Assembly: GCA_963700745.1 (NCBI GenBank)
Contig: CAVOYT010000012.1
Span: 27,231-91,230 of the forward strand
Source of the DNA: an uncultured bacterium
GTDB lineage: Bacteria; Actinomycetota; Actinomycetes; S36-B12
Direction of reading: 5' to 3'
DNA: 64,000 nucleotides
Shown: piece by piece, positions 31,158-41,358 of the stretch
How positions within the stretch are numbered: position 1 is the first letter of the stretch
How the letters are laid out: every line of letters begins with the position of its first letter
Translations under genes and position numbers: made by a program
Notes under the pieces: model-generated
The model's database searches: none
Told to the model about the DNA's origin: nothing
The model's input: only the letters and a program-made list of their open reading frames with translations

Positions 31158-32033
31158 CTATTCGGTCGGTCCTGCGACGTGTCCGGCGACCAGTTCGGTG
31201 AACCGCTCGGGGTCATGGATGTGCGGCTCGTGGGCGGCGCCGGGGAACACCACGAACCGACTGCCTCGAAGCAGCGCATGCGCGTTCTCGCCGTGCTTCA
31301 TGGGGATCATCGGATCCTTGTCACCCCAGATGATCAGCACCCGCCGACCTTCCATCAGGTGCAGCTTGTCGAGCGCGGAGACGTTCTGGCCCTTCGGACC
31401 CACCACACTGCGCAGCGTGGCGAGGAACGCGGTGCGCCGGTCCGGCTCCCCCAGCCACGACACCGTCTCAAGAGCCCGCGGACTGAGCGCGTGCGGCGTG
31501 ACGCCTACTCTCCCGAGCTGGCTGCCGACCCAGGAGGCGCCCTTGAGAGTGCGCTCATTGATCGCCCAGCGAATCACGAATTCCGAGCCCGGGAGACTGG
31601 CGGCGCGCAGTCCCGAGAAGGTCTCCTCGCCGAGCCCGCCACTCGACTCGAGCACCATCGATGCGACCCGGTCGGGGAACTGGTAGTTGAACTGCATGGA
31701 GACCCCGCCGCCCAGGGAGTGGCCGACCAGGTGAACCCGGTCTACGCCGAGGTGGTCGAGCAGGTCGCGCAGGCTGCTGGCCAGCGAACCGAGGCTGTAG
31801 TCGCCGCGGTCGCAGGATGATTCCCCGTGTCCGGGGAGGTCAACCGCGATGACACGAAGCCCACGCGCCGCGAGGCGCTCGGGGATGTCGAGCCAGGTCT
31901 GCGAGCTCGAGCCGATGCCGTGAATCAGGAGGACGGGGTCGCCAACACCCGGGAGGTCGAGGTAGGCGAGGTCCCGCCCGTTCAGCTGGACATGCCGCAG
32001 CACGTCCGGGGTCCGGGTGTCGTGCTCGTTCAT
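31158..32033 (-). CDS. alpha/beta-fold hydrolase
   Basis: LLIHGIGSSSQTW and the nucleophile elbow VGHSLGGG. 291 aa, intact. Confidence 0.8.
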   Translation of the reverse strand: MNEHDTRTPDVLRHVQLNGRDLAYLDLPGVGDPVLLIHGIGSSSQTWLDIPERLAARGLRVIAVDLPGHGESSCDRGDYSLGSLASSLRDLLDHLGVDRVHLVGHSLGGGVSMQFNYQFPDRVASMVLESSGGLGEETFSGLRAASLPGSEFVIRWAINERTLKGASWVGSQLGRVGVTPHALSPRALETVSWLGEPDRRTAFLATLRSVVGPKGQNVSALDKLHLMEGRRVLIIWGDKDPMIPMKHGENAHALLRGSRFVVFPGAAHEPHIHDPERFTELVAGHVAGPTE

Positions 32034-32081
32034 GGCTGCCCCCTCGCTCTGGTACCCGTCGGTAACCTACTATACCGTAAC

Positions 32082-32678
32082 TTACGGAAGCGTAGGTTGC
32101 TTTGAGTCCCGTACCGATGACGAAGCCACTGGGACAACGATCTCGTTGCGGCGCAGGAAGGCCGGCTTCCACGGCGGGTCGAAACGGTCCCACCGCGCCG
32201 GGGCCACGGCCACCCAGCCGTGTTGGTCGAGGGCACGATGGAGTTCGGCCGTCCGGACCGCCACGTTGTGGGCTGACCAGCGTCCCGACCACCTGATCGA
32301 TGCGGCCTCGTGTGCGGGCAGGGCGCGCAGTCGCACGCGCGGGTCGGTCGGCTCGGGGTAGTCATCGATGTCGCGTTCGCCCGGCAGCACGAACGACACG
32401 ACCCATCGTTCCTCGGCGCTGTCATCGGCCTCCTGCTGGATGACGGGCGCCGTCATCGCCATGCGCTCCCCCGAGGACTCGCGCCCCACTGACGAGGCAA
32501 GCGACCCGCGCCGGAGGTTGGCACCCGAGATGTACGACACCAGCGGCCGGAACGCGGCGTTGCCGGCTCCCTCCACCGAACCACCCACGGTCACCTCGGC
32601 AACGACGCACGCTGCGTACCTGCGGCGCTCAACCGGGCCATGGCTCTCGATTACCTCGTACACCTGCTGTTCGGTCAC
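32082..32678 (-). CDS. SOUL heme-binding family protein
   Basis: YEVIESHGPVERRRY...AFRPLVSYISGAN...MTAPV...NEIVVPV pattern. Confidence 0.7.
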   Translation of the reverse strand: MTEQQVYEVIESHGPVERRRYAACVVAEVTVGGSVEGAGNAAFRPLVSYISGANLRRGSLASSVGRESSGERMAMTAPVIQQEADDSAEERWVVSFVLPGERDIDDYPEPTDPRVRLRALPAHEAASIRWSGRWSAHNVAVRTAELHRALDQHGWVAVAPARWDRFDPPWKPAFLRRNEIVVPVASSSVRDSKQPTLP

Positions 32679-32731
32679 ATGGGGTCCAACGCCTGCCCGA
32701 GTTGCCGAATTCCTGCCCCTAGGGTGGCTCC

Positions 32732-33958
32732 GTGCCCACGACGCCGCTGCTGCGCGCGCGCATCGCGGTGTCCGTGCTGTTCGTGATCAATGCGGTCACC
32801 CTGAGTGCATGGCTGCCGCGGCTGGCGGAACTCCAGGCAAGCCTGGCCCTCAACGATGCGCAGCTCGGACTGGTGCTGGCTGCCGGCGCGGCCGGCGGCC
32901 TGCTGATCGGTCCACTCGGGGGCTATCTCGTCGCGCGGTCGAACAGCGCCCGGGTCTCCGTCGTGAGCTTCGCCCTCATGGCCGTCGCCCTGCCCATCAT
33001 CGGGCTGGCGGGCAGCGGTGTGGCGCTGGCAGCGGTGCTGCTGTGGCTGGGTGCCCTCGACGCGGTGATGGACGGTGCCATGAACGCCCATGGCCTGCGG
33101 GTCCAGCACCGCTATGGCCGGTCCGTGATCAACAGCTTCCATGGCTACTGGTCCCTGGGGACGGTCGCGGGCGCCTTGATCGGCAGCGCAAGCCTGATCG
33201 TCGGGCTGCCGATCGCCTGGATGCTGGCCGCTGTGGCCGGCATCAGCGCCATCGCGCTGGCGGCCACCGCACGCTGGCTCCTGCCCGGCTCGGATCCCGA
33301 GCAGCACCTCAGTGACGACGACGCGATCGCCGAGGCGACGTCCGGCATTGATCCCGGCTCGGCGCCCGTGGTGCCCCCCTCCGCCGGATACGGCCGCGTC
33401 CTGACCCGCATGACCGTCCTGCTCGGCCTGTTCACCCTGCTGGCCGTCATCATCGAGGACATCCCGGCCCGATGGAGCTCCATCTACCTGACCGACGTCG
33501 GCGCACCCACGTCGCTCGTCGGCCTGGGATTCACGGCCTTCACCATCGCGATGACCATCGGGCGGTTCACCGGCGACGCCCTCGTGAACCGGTTCACCGA
33601 GGCCACCGTCGTCCGCGTGAGCATGATCCTGTCCGGTGGCGCCCTCGCCGTGGCACTCCTCATCGGCACGGCCTGGGCGTACGTCGCGGCCTGCGTCGTC
33701 ATCGGGCTCGGCGTGGCAACGCTCTTCCCCGCAGCCATGCACGCCGCTACCCGGATTCCCGGCGTGCGGCCGGCCATGGGCGTCGCCACCGTCGGGTGGA
33801 TCGCCAGGGGTGGATTCGTGGTCGCGCCCATCGCGGTCGGCGCGATCGCGCAACGCTTCGGCATCGCTTGGGGACTGACGGTTCCGATCGTGGCGGCCGC
33901 CCTGCTGGTGCCGCTGAGTGCCGTCCTGCGCCCGCGGCGGGGCCAGCCAATACCCTGA
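32732..33958 (+). CDS. MFS transporter
   Basis: 408 aa with about 12 predicted TM segments. Intact. Confidence 0.8.
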   Translation: MPTTPLLRARIAVSVLFVINAVTLSAWLPRLAELQASLALNDAQLGLVLAAGAAGGLLIGPLGGYLVARSNSARVSVVSFALMAVALPIIGLAGSGVALAAVLLWLGALDAVMDGAMNAHGLRVQHRYGRSVINSFHGYWSLGTVAGALIGSASLIVGLPIAWMLAAVAGISAIALAATARWLLPGSDPEQHLSDDDAIAEATSGIDPGSAPVVPPSAGYGRVLTRMTVLLGLFTLLAVIIEDIPARWSSIYLTDVGAPTSLVGLGFTAFTIAMTIGRFTGDALVNRFTEATVVRVSMILSGGALAVALLIGTAWAYVAACVVIGLGVATLFPAAMHAATRIPGVRPAMGVATVGWIARGGFVVAPIAVGAIAQRFGIAWGLTVPIVAAALLVPLSAVLRPRRGQPIP

Positions 33959-33961
33959 GCC

Positions 33962-35005
33962 ATGCCCTCGAACACGTCAGCGCCCTCGAACACGACCATG
34001 CCCTCGAATACGTCGGTGCGACTGGCACAGCGCCCCACAGGTCTCCCTGCCCCGGATGACTTCCGAATCTCGACCGACCCGATTCTCGAGCCCGGCCCCG
34101 GCCAGGTGCTCGTGCGCGTGGGGATGATCTCCCTCGATCCCGCCATGCGCGGCTGGATGGACGACCGACCCTCCTACCTCCCGCCGATCGGGATCGACGA
34201 GGTCATTCGAGCGGGCGGCGTGGGCGAGGTCATCACCTCACACCACCCGCGCTTCCCCGTCGGGACGCTCGTGCAGGGGAACACCGGCGTGCAGGAGTAT
34301 GCAGTCCTCGACGGCGCCGATCTCGTCCGCGTCGATCTCTCCCTCGGCACGCCCTCGATGTACCTGGGCGTCCTGGGCATGACGGGGCTCACGGCCTACT
34401 TCGGACTCTTCGAGCACGGCCGGCCACGAGCGGGCGACACGGTCCTGGTCTCCGGCGCCGCCGGAGCCGTGGGCTCGGTCGTCGGCCAGCTGGCCAGGAT
34501 CAACGGCTGCCGGGTCGTCGGCGTCGCGGGCGGTCCGGACAAGTGCGCGTACGTCACGGACACCCTCGGCTTCGACGCGGCAGTCGACTACCGCGATCCG
34601 GGAATGCGCAAGGCGATCCGCGAGACCTGCCCAAACGGCGTCGACCTGTACTTCGACAACGTCGGCGGCGCCGTGCTCAATGCGGCCCTCGCCAACCTTG
34701 CCATGCACGCCCGGATCGTCGTCTGCGGCGCGATCTCGCAGTACAACGCCGAGACGCCCACCCCCGGGCCATCGAACTACATGGCCCTCCTCGTCCGCCG
34801 GGCGACGATGACCGGCTTCCTCGTCTTCGACCACGTCGCTGAGTACCGGACCGCGCGTCGGCGGCTCGCGCACTGGGTGGGCGAGGGCCGGATCTCGGCG
34901 CCCGAGACCGTCGTTCCGGGACGCGTGACCGACTTCCACAAGGTGTTCCTCCGCCTGTTCGCCGGCGACAACCTCGGCAAGCTCGTCCTCGACATCACCG
35001 ACTGA
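33962..35005 (+). CDS. NADP-dependent oxidoreductase (MDR superfamily, YncB/PTGR-like)
   Basis: RLAQRPTGLPAPDDFRI...GQVLVRVGMISLDPAMRGWM...VLVSGAAGAVGSVVGQLA. The start is either 33962 or, better matching family N-termini, ATG 33998. Confidence 0.85.
   Translation: MPSNTSAPSNTTMPSNTSVRLAQRPTGLPAPDDFRISTDPILEPGPGQVLVRVGMISLDPAMRGWMDDRPSYLPPIGIDEVIRAGGVGEVITSHHPRFPVGTLVQGNTGVQEYAVLDGADLVRVDLSLGTPSMYLGVLGMTGLTAYFGLFEHGRPRAGDTVLVSGAAGAVGSVVGQLARINGCRVVGVAGGPDKCAYVTDTLGFDAAVDYRDPGMRKAIRETCPNGVDLYFDNVGGAVLNAALANLAMHARIVVCGAISQYNAETPTPGPSNYMALLVRRATMTGFLVFDHVAEYRTARRRLAHWVGEGRISAPETVVPGRVTDFHKVFLRLFAGDNLGKLVLDITD
33964..34017 (+). repeat. 3 x 18-nt tandem repeat (gccctcgaaCacgNNNNN)
   Basis: gccctcgaacacgtcagc / gccctcgaacacgaccat / gccctcgaatacgtcggt. 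Sits directly after the MFS stop and spans both candidate ATGs of the next gene. Confidence 0.8.
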
Positions 35006-35019
35006 CCCGAAGGAGACCC

Positions 35020-35784
35020 ATGAACGGCAACGCAGTGCAGGGCCGGACCGCCATCGTCACCGGCGCGTCGCGCGGCATCGGTCGCGCGATCGCCATTCTC
35101 CTCGCTGACGAGGGGGCGAATGTGGTCGTCGTGTCCCGATCCGCCGAAACCCTCGACTCGGTCGTGGCGGAGATCTCCGGCCGTGGCGGTCGCGCGATCG
35201 CCGTGGCCGCGGACGTGACCGCCGACGATGCCCCGCAGCGCATCGTCGACCGCACCCTCGAGGAGTTCGGCGGCCTCGACATCCTCGTCAACAATGCGGG
35301 AGGCAATTCGTTCATGTCGCCGCTGCAGACGATGCGCTTCTCCGGCTGGCAGAAGACGATGGTGCTCAACCTCGATTCCACGGTGCGCCTGATCCAGGCA
35401 GCCCTGCCCGCCATGGTGGTCGGCGGTCACGGATCCATCGTCAACGTCTCGTCGGTAACCGGACTTCGTGGCTCCCCGCTGATGTCCCACTACGGGGCGG
35501 CCAAGGCGGCCGTCATCTCCTTGACCCAGAGTCTGGCCATCGAGGTGGCCACCGAGGGGGTGCGGGTCAACGCCCTGGTCCCGGGCTGGATCGAGACCGA
35601 TCTCACCGGCTTCCTTCGCACCGACGAGGCCCTCGAGGACACGGTCATCGGCCGGGTTCCGATGCGCCGATGGGGACGTCCTGAGGAGATCGCGCAGGCG
35701 GCGCTGTTCCTCGCCGGCGACGCCTCCTCCTTCGTGACCGGGCAGTCCCTGGTCGTCGATGGCGGACTGAGCGCCAATCCGTGA
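35020..35784 (+). CDS. SDR-family oxidoreductase (FabG-like)
   Basis: VTGASRGIGRAIA...NNAG...YGAAKAAV...PGWIETD. Confidence 0.85.
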   Translation: MNGNAVQGRTAIVTGASRGIGRAIAILLADEGANVVVVSRSAETLDSVVAEISGRGGRAIAVAADVTADDAPQRIVDRTLEEFGGLDILVNNAGGNSFMSPLQTMRFSGWQKTMVLNLDSTVRLIQAALPAMVVGGHGSIVNVSSVTGLRGSPLMSHYGAAKAAVISLTQSLAIEVATEGVRVNALVPGWIETDLTGFLRTDEALEDTVIGRVPMRRWGRPEEIAQAALFLAGDASSFVTGQSLVVDGGLSANP

Positions 35785-35881
35785 TCGGAGCGCTAGCCTG
35801 ACGGCACATCACGAGCGCGCACTCGACGCGAGCGCACTCGACACGAGCGCGAACTCACCACAAGCGCGAAGGAGACCCATC

Positions 35882-36004
35882 GTGCGGAACCTCATCACCA
35901 TCGCCATCATCGGCCTCATGATCATCGGCGCCATCGCCCTCGGCGTGAAGTTCTTCAGCACGTCTGTCCGTGAGCAGGAGGACGAGAGGAACTGGGACGA
36001 GTGA
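35882..36004 (+). CDS. 40-aa single-TM miniprotein (VRNLITIAIIGLMIIGAIALGVKFFSTSVREQEDERNWDE)
   Basis: GTG start 6 nt after AAGGAG. Hydrophobic helix plus acidic tail, with high GC3. 32 nt upstream of the SulP gene. Too short for the ORF track. Confidence 0.4.
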   Translation: MRNLITIAIIGLMIIGAIALGVKFFSTSVREQEDERNWDE

Positions 36005-36036
36005 GGGCGCGACGGATCTAGGCACGAGTCGCATCC

Positions 36037-38016
36037 ATGTCGCCTCCCATCGCCGGGACGTGGCGCCGGTACGCCCCGATCACCGCCTGGCTCCCCAAGT
36101 ACCGGCGCCGATACATCGCCGGTGACCTGCTCGCCGGCCTGGTCGTCGCTGCTCTCGCCATCCCCCAGTCCCTGGGCTACGCCACCATCGCTGGGGTGCC
36201 GATCATCGTCGGCCTCTACGCCATCCCCCTGGCACTCATCGCCTATGCGGTGCTGGGTTCCTCCCCTCACCTGGTGGTCGGCCCCGTCTCGACGGTGTCC
36301 GTGCTGTCCGGCTCCCTGGTGGCCGACATGTCCGGCGGCGACCCGGCCCGAGCAGTAGCCCTGACCTCGGCCCTGGCCATCGGTGCCGGCGTCGGCCTGC
36401 TCATCGGCGGCGTCGCGCGACTGGGCTGGGCGGCCGAGTTCATGTCACGCCCCATCGTCACCGGCTTCGTGTTCGGCCTCGTGCTCCTCATCGTGATCGG
36501 CGAGGTGCCCAGCCTGCTGGGGATCCCGGCGACGTCAGGGGACGTGCAGGATCGCGTGTGGTCGATCGTGACGTCCCTGACCGAGATCGACCCCACGACC
36601 GCCGTGCTCGGTCTCGGCGCCCTCGCCATCCTCTTCGCCGGCGCCAGGTTCGCCCCTCGGATCCCCTGGGGCCTGATCGTCCTCATCGCGGGCATCATGC
36701 TGTCCTCGGGCCTCGATCTCGCAGCGGACGGGGTCGTGACCGTGGGACCCGTTCCCCAGGGCCTGCCACCCCTGGGACTGCCCCATGTCGGGGTGTCCGA
36801 CCTCCCGCCGGTCATCTTCGGCGGCATCGCCCTCGCCCTCGTCGGCCTTGCCGAGGGCCTGAGCGCCGCCCGGCTCTTCGCCGCGCGCGAGGGATACACC
36901 ATCGACACCGACCAGGAGCTGCTGGCCACCGGGGCCGCCAACGTCGCCGCCGGTATCTCCGGAGGCCTCGGGGTCGCGGGCTCCCTTTCCAAGACCGCTG
37001 CCTCCCGTCGTTCGGGCGGCGTCACCCAGATGACCGGGGTCACAACTGCCGTGATCGTCGTGATCGCCCTGATCGCCCTCGCGGAGCTGCTGGCACCGCT
37101 GCCGAGGGCGATCCTCTCGGCCATCGTCATCCAGGCCGTCTGGGGGTTGATGGACGTGTCCGCGCTTCGGAGGTACCGGCACATCCGGCGCAACGACTTC
37201 ATGGCTGCCCTCGCGGCCATGGTCGGCGTCCTCATTCTCGGACCCCTGTACGGGCTCCTGGTGGCCGTCGGTCTGGCCGTGCTCGGGCTGGTCTACCGGT
37301 CCAGCCGGGTGGAGACCGACATCATGGGCAAGGTGCCGGGCGAGAAGGCAGCCTGGGGAAGCATCACCGACCACGCCGAACGGCTCACCTACGACGGCAT
37401 CGTCGTGCTGCGACTCGACGTGCCCCTCTTCTGGGCGAACGCCACCCAGATCCACGACCGGATCCTCGCGACGGTTGACGAGTCACCGCGGGTGACCGCA
37501 CTCCTGCTCGATCTCGAGGCGACCAGCCAGCTCGACACCACGAGCATCGACATGCTCGAACTCGTATTGAGCCGACTGCGCGAGCGCGACATCGACCTCT
37601 ACCTCGTCAGGGTGTTCTACCGGGCCCGGCTCACGCTCACCAACGCCGGCTTCATCGAGCAGTTGGGCGAGGATCACATGTGGCACAGCATCTCCGCCGG
37701 CGTCCGGGCGGCCCGCAAGGCGGCGCGGCTCAAGGGCAAGGCGCACCCGCAGGCACTTCCGGAAAGCGAATCCGATGACGAGTCGGAACAGCAGGACGAG
37801 GCCGCCGCGGAGCTCATCGTGGTCGACCATGACGTCAGCCGACCTGGCACCCAAGGCGAGGCCGCACCGCGTGGCGGCTATCAGGATCCCGATCGCATGG
37901 CCAGACGGACCAGTCGGCGGAGCCGACTGCGCCTGCGATTGTCGAGGAACACCCCGAGTACGCCGCCGGGGGCGGGTACGGTCGAGCCAGGACCAGACGA
38001 CCAGGAGGCTCCATGA
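36037..38016 (+). CDS. SulP-family anion transporter with C-terminal STAS domain and long charged tail
   Basis: DLLAGLVVAALAIPQSLGYA signature, polytopic core, and a STAS-like block (GIVVLRLDVPLFWANA...). Confidence 0.9.
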   Translation: MSPPIAGTWRRYAPITAWLPKYRRRYIAGDLLAGLVVAALAIPQSLGYATIAGVPIIVGLYAIPLALIAYAVLGSSPHLVVGPVSTVSVLSGSLVADMSGGDPARAVALTSALAIGAGVGLLIGGVARLGWAAEFMSRPIVTGFVFGLVLLIVIGEVPSLLGIPATSGDVQDRVWSIVTSLTEIDPTTAVLGLGALAILFAGARFAPRIPWGLIVLIAGIMLSSGLDLAADGVVTVGPVPQGLPPLGLPHVGVSDLPPVIFGGIALALVGLAEGLSAARLFAAREGYTIDTDQELLATGAANVAAGISGGLGVAGSLSKTAASRRSGGVTQMTGVTTAVIVVIALIALAELLAPLPRAILSAIVIQAVWGLMDVSALRRYRHIRRNDFMAALAAMVGVLILGPLYGLLVAVGLAVLGLVYRSSRVETDIMGKVPGEKAAWGSITDHAERLTYDGIVVLRLDVPLFWANATQIHDRILATVDESPRVTALLLDLEATSQLDTTSIDMLELVLSRLRERDIDLYLVRVFYRARLTLTNAGFIEQLGEDHMWHSISAGVRAARKAARLKGKAHPQALPESESDDESEQQDEAAAELIVVDHDVSRPGTQGEAAPRGGYQDPDRMARRTSRRSRLRLRLSRNTPSTPPGAGTVEPGPDDQEAP

Positions 38017-38577
38017 GCGGCGCGATCGCCATCATCGTCGTCATCGTCATCGTCGTCGCGAATCGGACTGTTCGTCGTCTCGCAGTTCAACAAGCTGCGT
38101 CGACTCGACGTGCTCGCGCAGGGTGCCTGGGCCGGCATCGACACCCTGCTCGCCAAGCGCGCCGATCTCGTGCCGAACCTCGTCGAGACGGTCAAGGGCG
38201 CCGCCGACTTCGAGCGAGGGACCATGGAGGATGTCACGAACGCGCGTGCCAAGGCCGCTGGCGCCACGACGGTCGCGCAGACAGCAGCCGCGGACGGTGA
38301 GCTCACGCAGGCACTCGGCCGCCTGTTCGCGGTCGCCGAGTCCTACCCGCAACTCACCGCCACCGCCGGATTCCGCGACCTCCAGGGCCAGCTGACCCAG
38401 GTCGAGGGCGAACTCCAGTTCGCGCGCCAGTACTACAACGACTCGGTCGTGAACCTCAACACGGCGCTGAGGACCATCCCCTCCATGTGGTTCGCCGGGA
38501 TGGCCAGCGTGCAGGAGCGCGAGATGTACGCCGAGCCGGATGCCGGACGACGGGCCGCACCCATCGTCGACTTCTGA
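38013..38577 (+). CDS. lemA: LemA-family protein; frame break near 38059
   Basis: TM N-terminus MSGAIAIIVVIVIVVA, then (next frame) IGLFVVSQFNKLRRLDVLAQGAWAGIDTLLAKRADLVPNLVETVKG...FARQYYND. ATGA overlap with the SulP stop. Confidence 0.85.
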
Positions 38578-40341
38578 TGTCGGCCTTCCGACGCAGGGGG
38601 GCGATCCTTCTCGGGACGCTCCTGCTTGCGGCGGCGGGCTCCGTCGGCCTCGCGTCCGCCGCCGCGGCCGAGTCGATCCAGGATTTCGACGTCGCCGTGA
38701 CGATCAACTCGGACACCACCTTCCGCGTGGTCGAGAAGATCACCTACGACTTCGAGGGCGCCTACCGCCACGGCATCTTCCGTGACATCCCGGTCTACGA
38801 CGAGACCATCACCGGTCAACGCCGCCAGTACCGAGTCGCCGTCAACAGCGTGTCGATGGACGGCGCGGTCGTGCCCTGGACGACGTCGCAGGACGGCCCC
38901 TACCTGAACGTGAAGATCGGTGACCCCAACTCGACGATCACCGGGCCGCATGTCTACGTCGTCGACTACATCGTTGCGGACGGCCTGCGCGTCATCACTG
39001 ACGAGGACGCCGCGGACCCGCAGATGCCCGCGGCCGTCTCCGCCGGCGATGTCGAGCTGTTCTGGGACTTCGTCGGGACTGGCTGGGACGTCCCGATCCA
39101 GTCCGCGAAGGCCGCCGTCACAGGTCCGGGCGCCGTGCTCAGCTCGATCTGCTACTACGGCCCGGCCGGCAGCGACACTCGCTGCCCGACTGCCATGGTG
39201 GAGCACCTTCGCCCTCATGGGTCCGGTACGACTCGGCAGCGGGGAGGCGCTGACCGGAGCCGTGGTCTACCCGGCCGCCGCCTTCGCCTCACCCCCGCGG
39301 GAGAACGTCACCCAGGGGTTGCCCTCGAACCCGTTGGTGGGACTCATGGCCGCCGCGATCCCGGCGGTGCTCCTTGCCGCGATCCCGATCGGAATCGCCG
39401 TCACCCGCCGTCGCGAGGACGCCGGTGCCCCAGTGCCCGGGGCGCCGCCGCAGTACTCGCCGCCCGACGGCCTGAGGCCGGCCGAGATGTCGGCGGCGTG
39501 GGAGGGCCGCAAGGGCACCACGGACTCCCGGGTGCTGGTCGCAACCCTGCTGGACCTGGCGGCCCGTCGCTGGATCAATGTCACGACCGACGGCGGCGGC
39601 CACCTCACCGTCACCTGGGTGGGTACGGGCACGACTCCCATGGCCCCCTGGGAGGAGTCCGTCGTCGGAGCAGTCCTCAAGGGTCAGCCCGCCGCCACGG
39701 TGAGCGGCTATGACAAGCAGCTCGCGATCCTGTGGGGCCTGTCCATCCGCGGTCTGGTCCGCGAGCAGGAGTCGGTCGGCCGACGCAATCCGCGGGGCGA
39801 CGAGCCCGACCAGCGGTGGCGGTGGCTCGGCCTCATCGCATTCCCGTTGCTGGTGGTGGGATTCCTGTCGATCTTCATCGAGCAGCCCTTCATCACCGCG
39901 GCCGCCTTCACTCTCGGCGTCGGGGCGCTGATCGGCTTCTTCGTGGCCCGCGCGATCACTCCCCGGAACCAGACCGAGCAGTCGGCCCGCTTCCTCGCGG
40001 AGGTGGCCGGCTTCGAGAAGGTCCTGGGCACGGACGCCGCGGCAGCCCGCCGGGAGTTCGCCCAGCGCTCCGGCCTGTCGGCCGCGGCGATCTTCGCGAC
40101 GATGCTTCCGTTCGCCGTGATCTTCCGGCTCGAGAGCTCATGGATCGGCGCCTTCCCTGACCTCAGCCCGGACGAGCTCGTCGGCCATGGCTTCTACGTG
40201 GGGTCCATCGGCGCGATGGACCATCTGGTGAGCAGCAGCACGTCCTCCATGTCCAGCGCGATGACGGCACCGAGCAGCGGCTCGGGAGGAGGAGGCTCGT
40301 CCGGCGGCGGCGGAGGCGGTGGCGGGGGCGGATCGTGGTGA
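38577..40341 (+). CDS. DUF2207-family membrane protein; frame break near 39195
   Basis: Signal peptide, then the IQDFDVAVTINSDTTFRVVEKITYDF...GIFRDIP N-domain. TM segments follow, and a C-terminal Gly/Ser tail (SGSGGGGSSGGGGGGGGGGSW). TGATG overlap with lemA. Confidence 0.8.
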
Positions 40342-40350
40342 ACTGCCCCG

Positions 40351-41298
40351 TCAGGGCGCTGGGGTCTTGCACGCCTTGATCAAGGCACGGATGCCCTGGA
40401 TGTCAGCGTTGCTCAGGGTGTTGTTGGTGTCGACCAGGTAGTACATGACGTCCTGCGCCTCGGTGCCATGCGCCAGCCCGAGCGCATGCCCGAGCTCGTG
40501 GAGGTAGAGCGCGCTCTGCTTCTGCGCGTTGATCTTCTTCACGTAGTCGATGCTGAGCACGACGCTGCCCTCGACGATCTCCTTCTGGTCCTTGTAGACC
40601 TTGGTGGGTGACGCGAACCCGACGGTGCGCTTGTCGAGCAGCGACGACTCGGAAGCGTTCAGGAAGGCGATGTAGAGGTGCCGCGCGCTCGGGTGCTGCT
40701 CGCTGGTCACCACGTAGTTCGTGTCGTCGTAGATGACCGGAACCTCGCCGACGTACTGGAAGTCGAGCCCGGAAACGTCTCCCCACCTGGCCAGGTCTGA
40801 CGTCAACTGCGAGACCGCGATCCTCCGGTCAGCCGCGGAGACCCTGCCGGTGTCGATGCTCCAGGTGATCGGGGTATCGCAGTCCGCCCAACCGCTGTTG
40901 ATGAGCTCGGGCGAGCTCTCGGCGAAGATGGAGGCAACCTGGGACTCGGCGTAGGCGACGACGCCGATGATCGATAGGAAGGCGCCAGCCGCGACGACCG
41001 TGGCCAGTTGCCAGATCGGCTTGCCCTTTCGGCGATCGACCCCACTTCGGCGATCACCCTGGCGGCGATCCGGACCTTCGTACGCGTGGGCGTGCCTGCC
41101 CGCGGGGGCCCGGCGATCAGCCTTGCGGCGATCCGCCTTGCGGCGATCCGGCGGATGGGTCTTCTGGAAGTACCGGGATCCGAGCAGGCCGAGGCCGTAG
41201 GCGATCACGACGAACAGGACCCACCAGTACCAACTCACGACCTCACCCCCTTCCCCTGATCCCAGTATGACCGTGCACGTGCCGATGAGCGGCGCCAT
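40351..41298 (-). CDS. membrane-anchored matrixin-like zinc metalloprotease
   Basis: HELGHALGLAH zinc motif. Two TM helices flank a basic loop with DRR(K/Q/S) repeats (DRRKADRRKADRR...DRRQGDRRSGVDRRKGK). Confidence 0.75.
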   Translation of the reverse strand: MAPLIGTCTVILGSGEGGEVVSWYWWVLFVVIAYGLGLLGSRYFQKTHPPDRRKADRRKADRRAPAGRHAHAYEGPDRRQGDRRSGVDRRKGKPIWQLATVVAAGAFLSIIGVVAYAESQVASIFAESSPELINSGWADCDTPITWSIDTGRVSAADRRIAVSQLTSDLARWGDVSGLDFQYVGEVPVIYDDTNYVVTSEQHPSARHLYIAFLNASESSLLDKRTVGFASPTKVYKDQKEIVEGSVVLSIDYVKKINAQKQSALYLHELGHALGLAHGTEAQDVMYYLVDTNNTLSNADIQGIRALIKACKTPAP

Positions 41299-41358
41299 GA
41301 ACGGTCATTGTTTGGGAGCGGCCACTTTCGACCGTCACACGGTTCTGGGCAGGACCCC

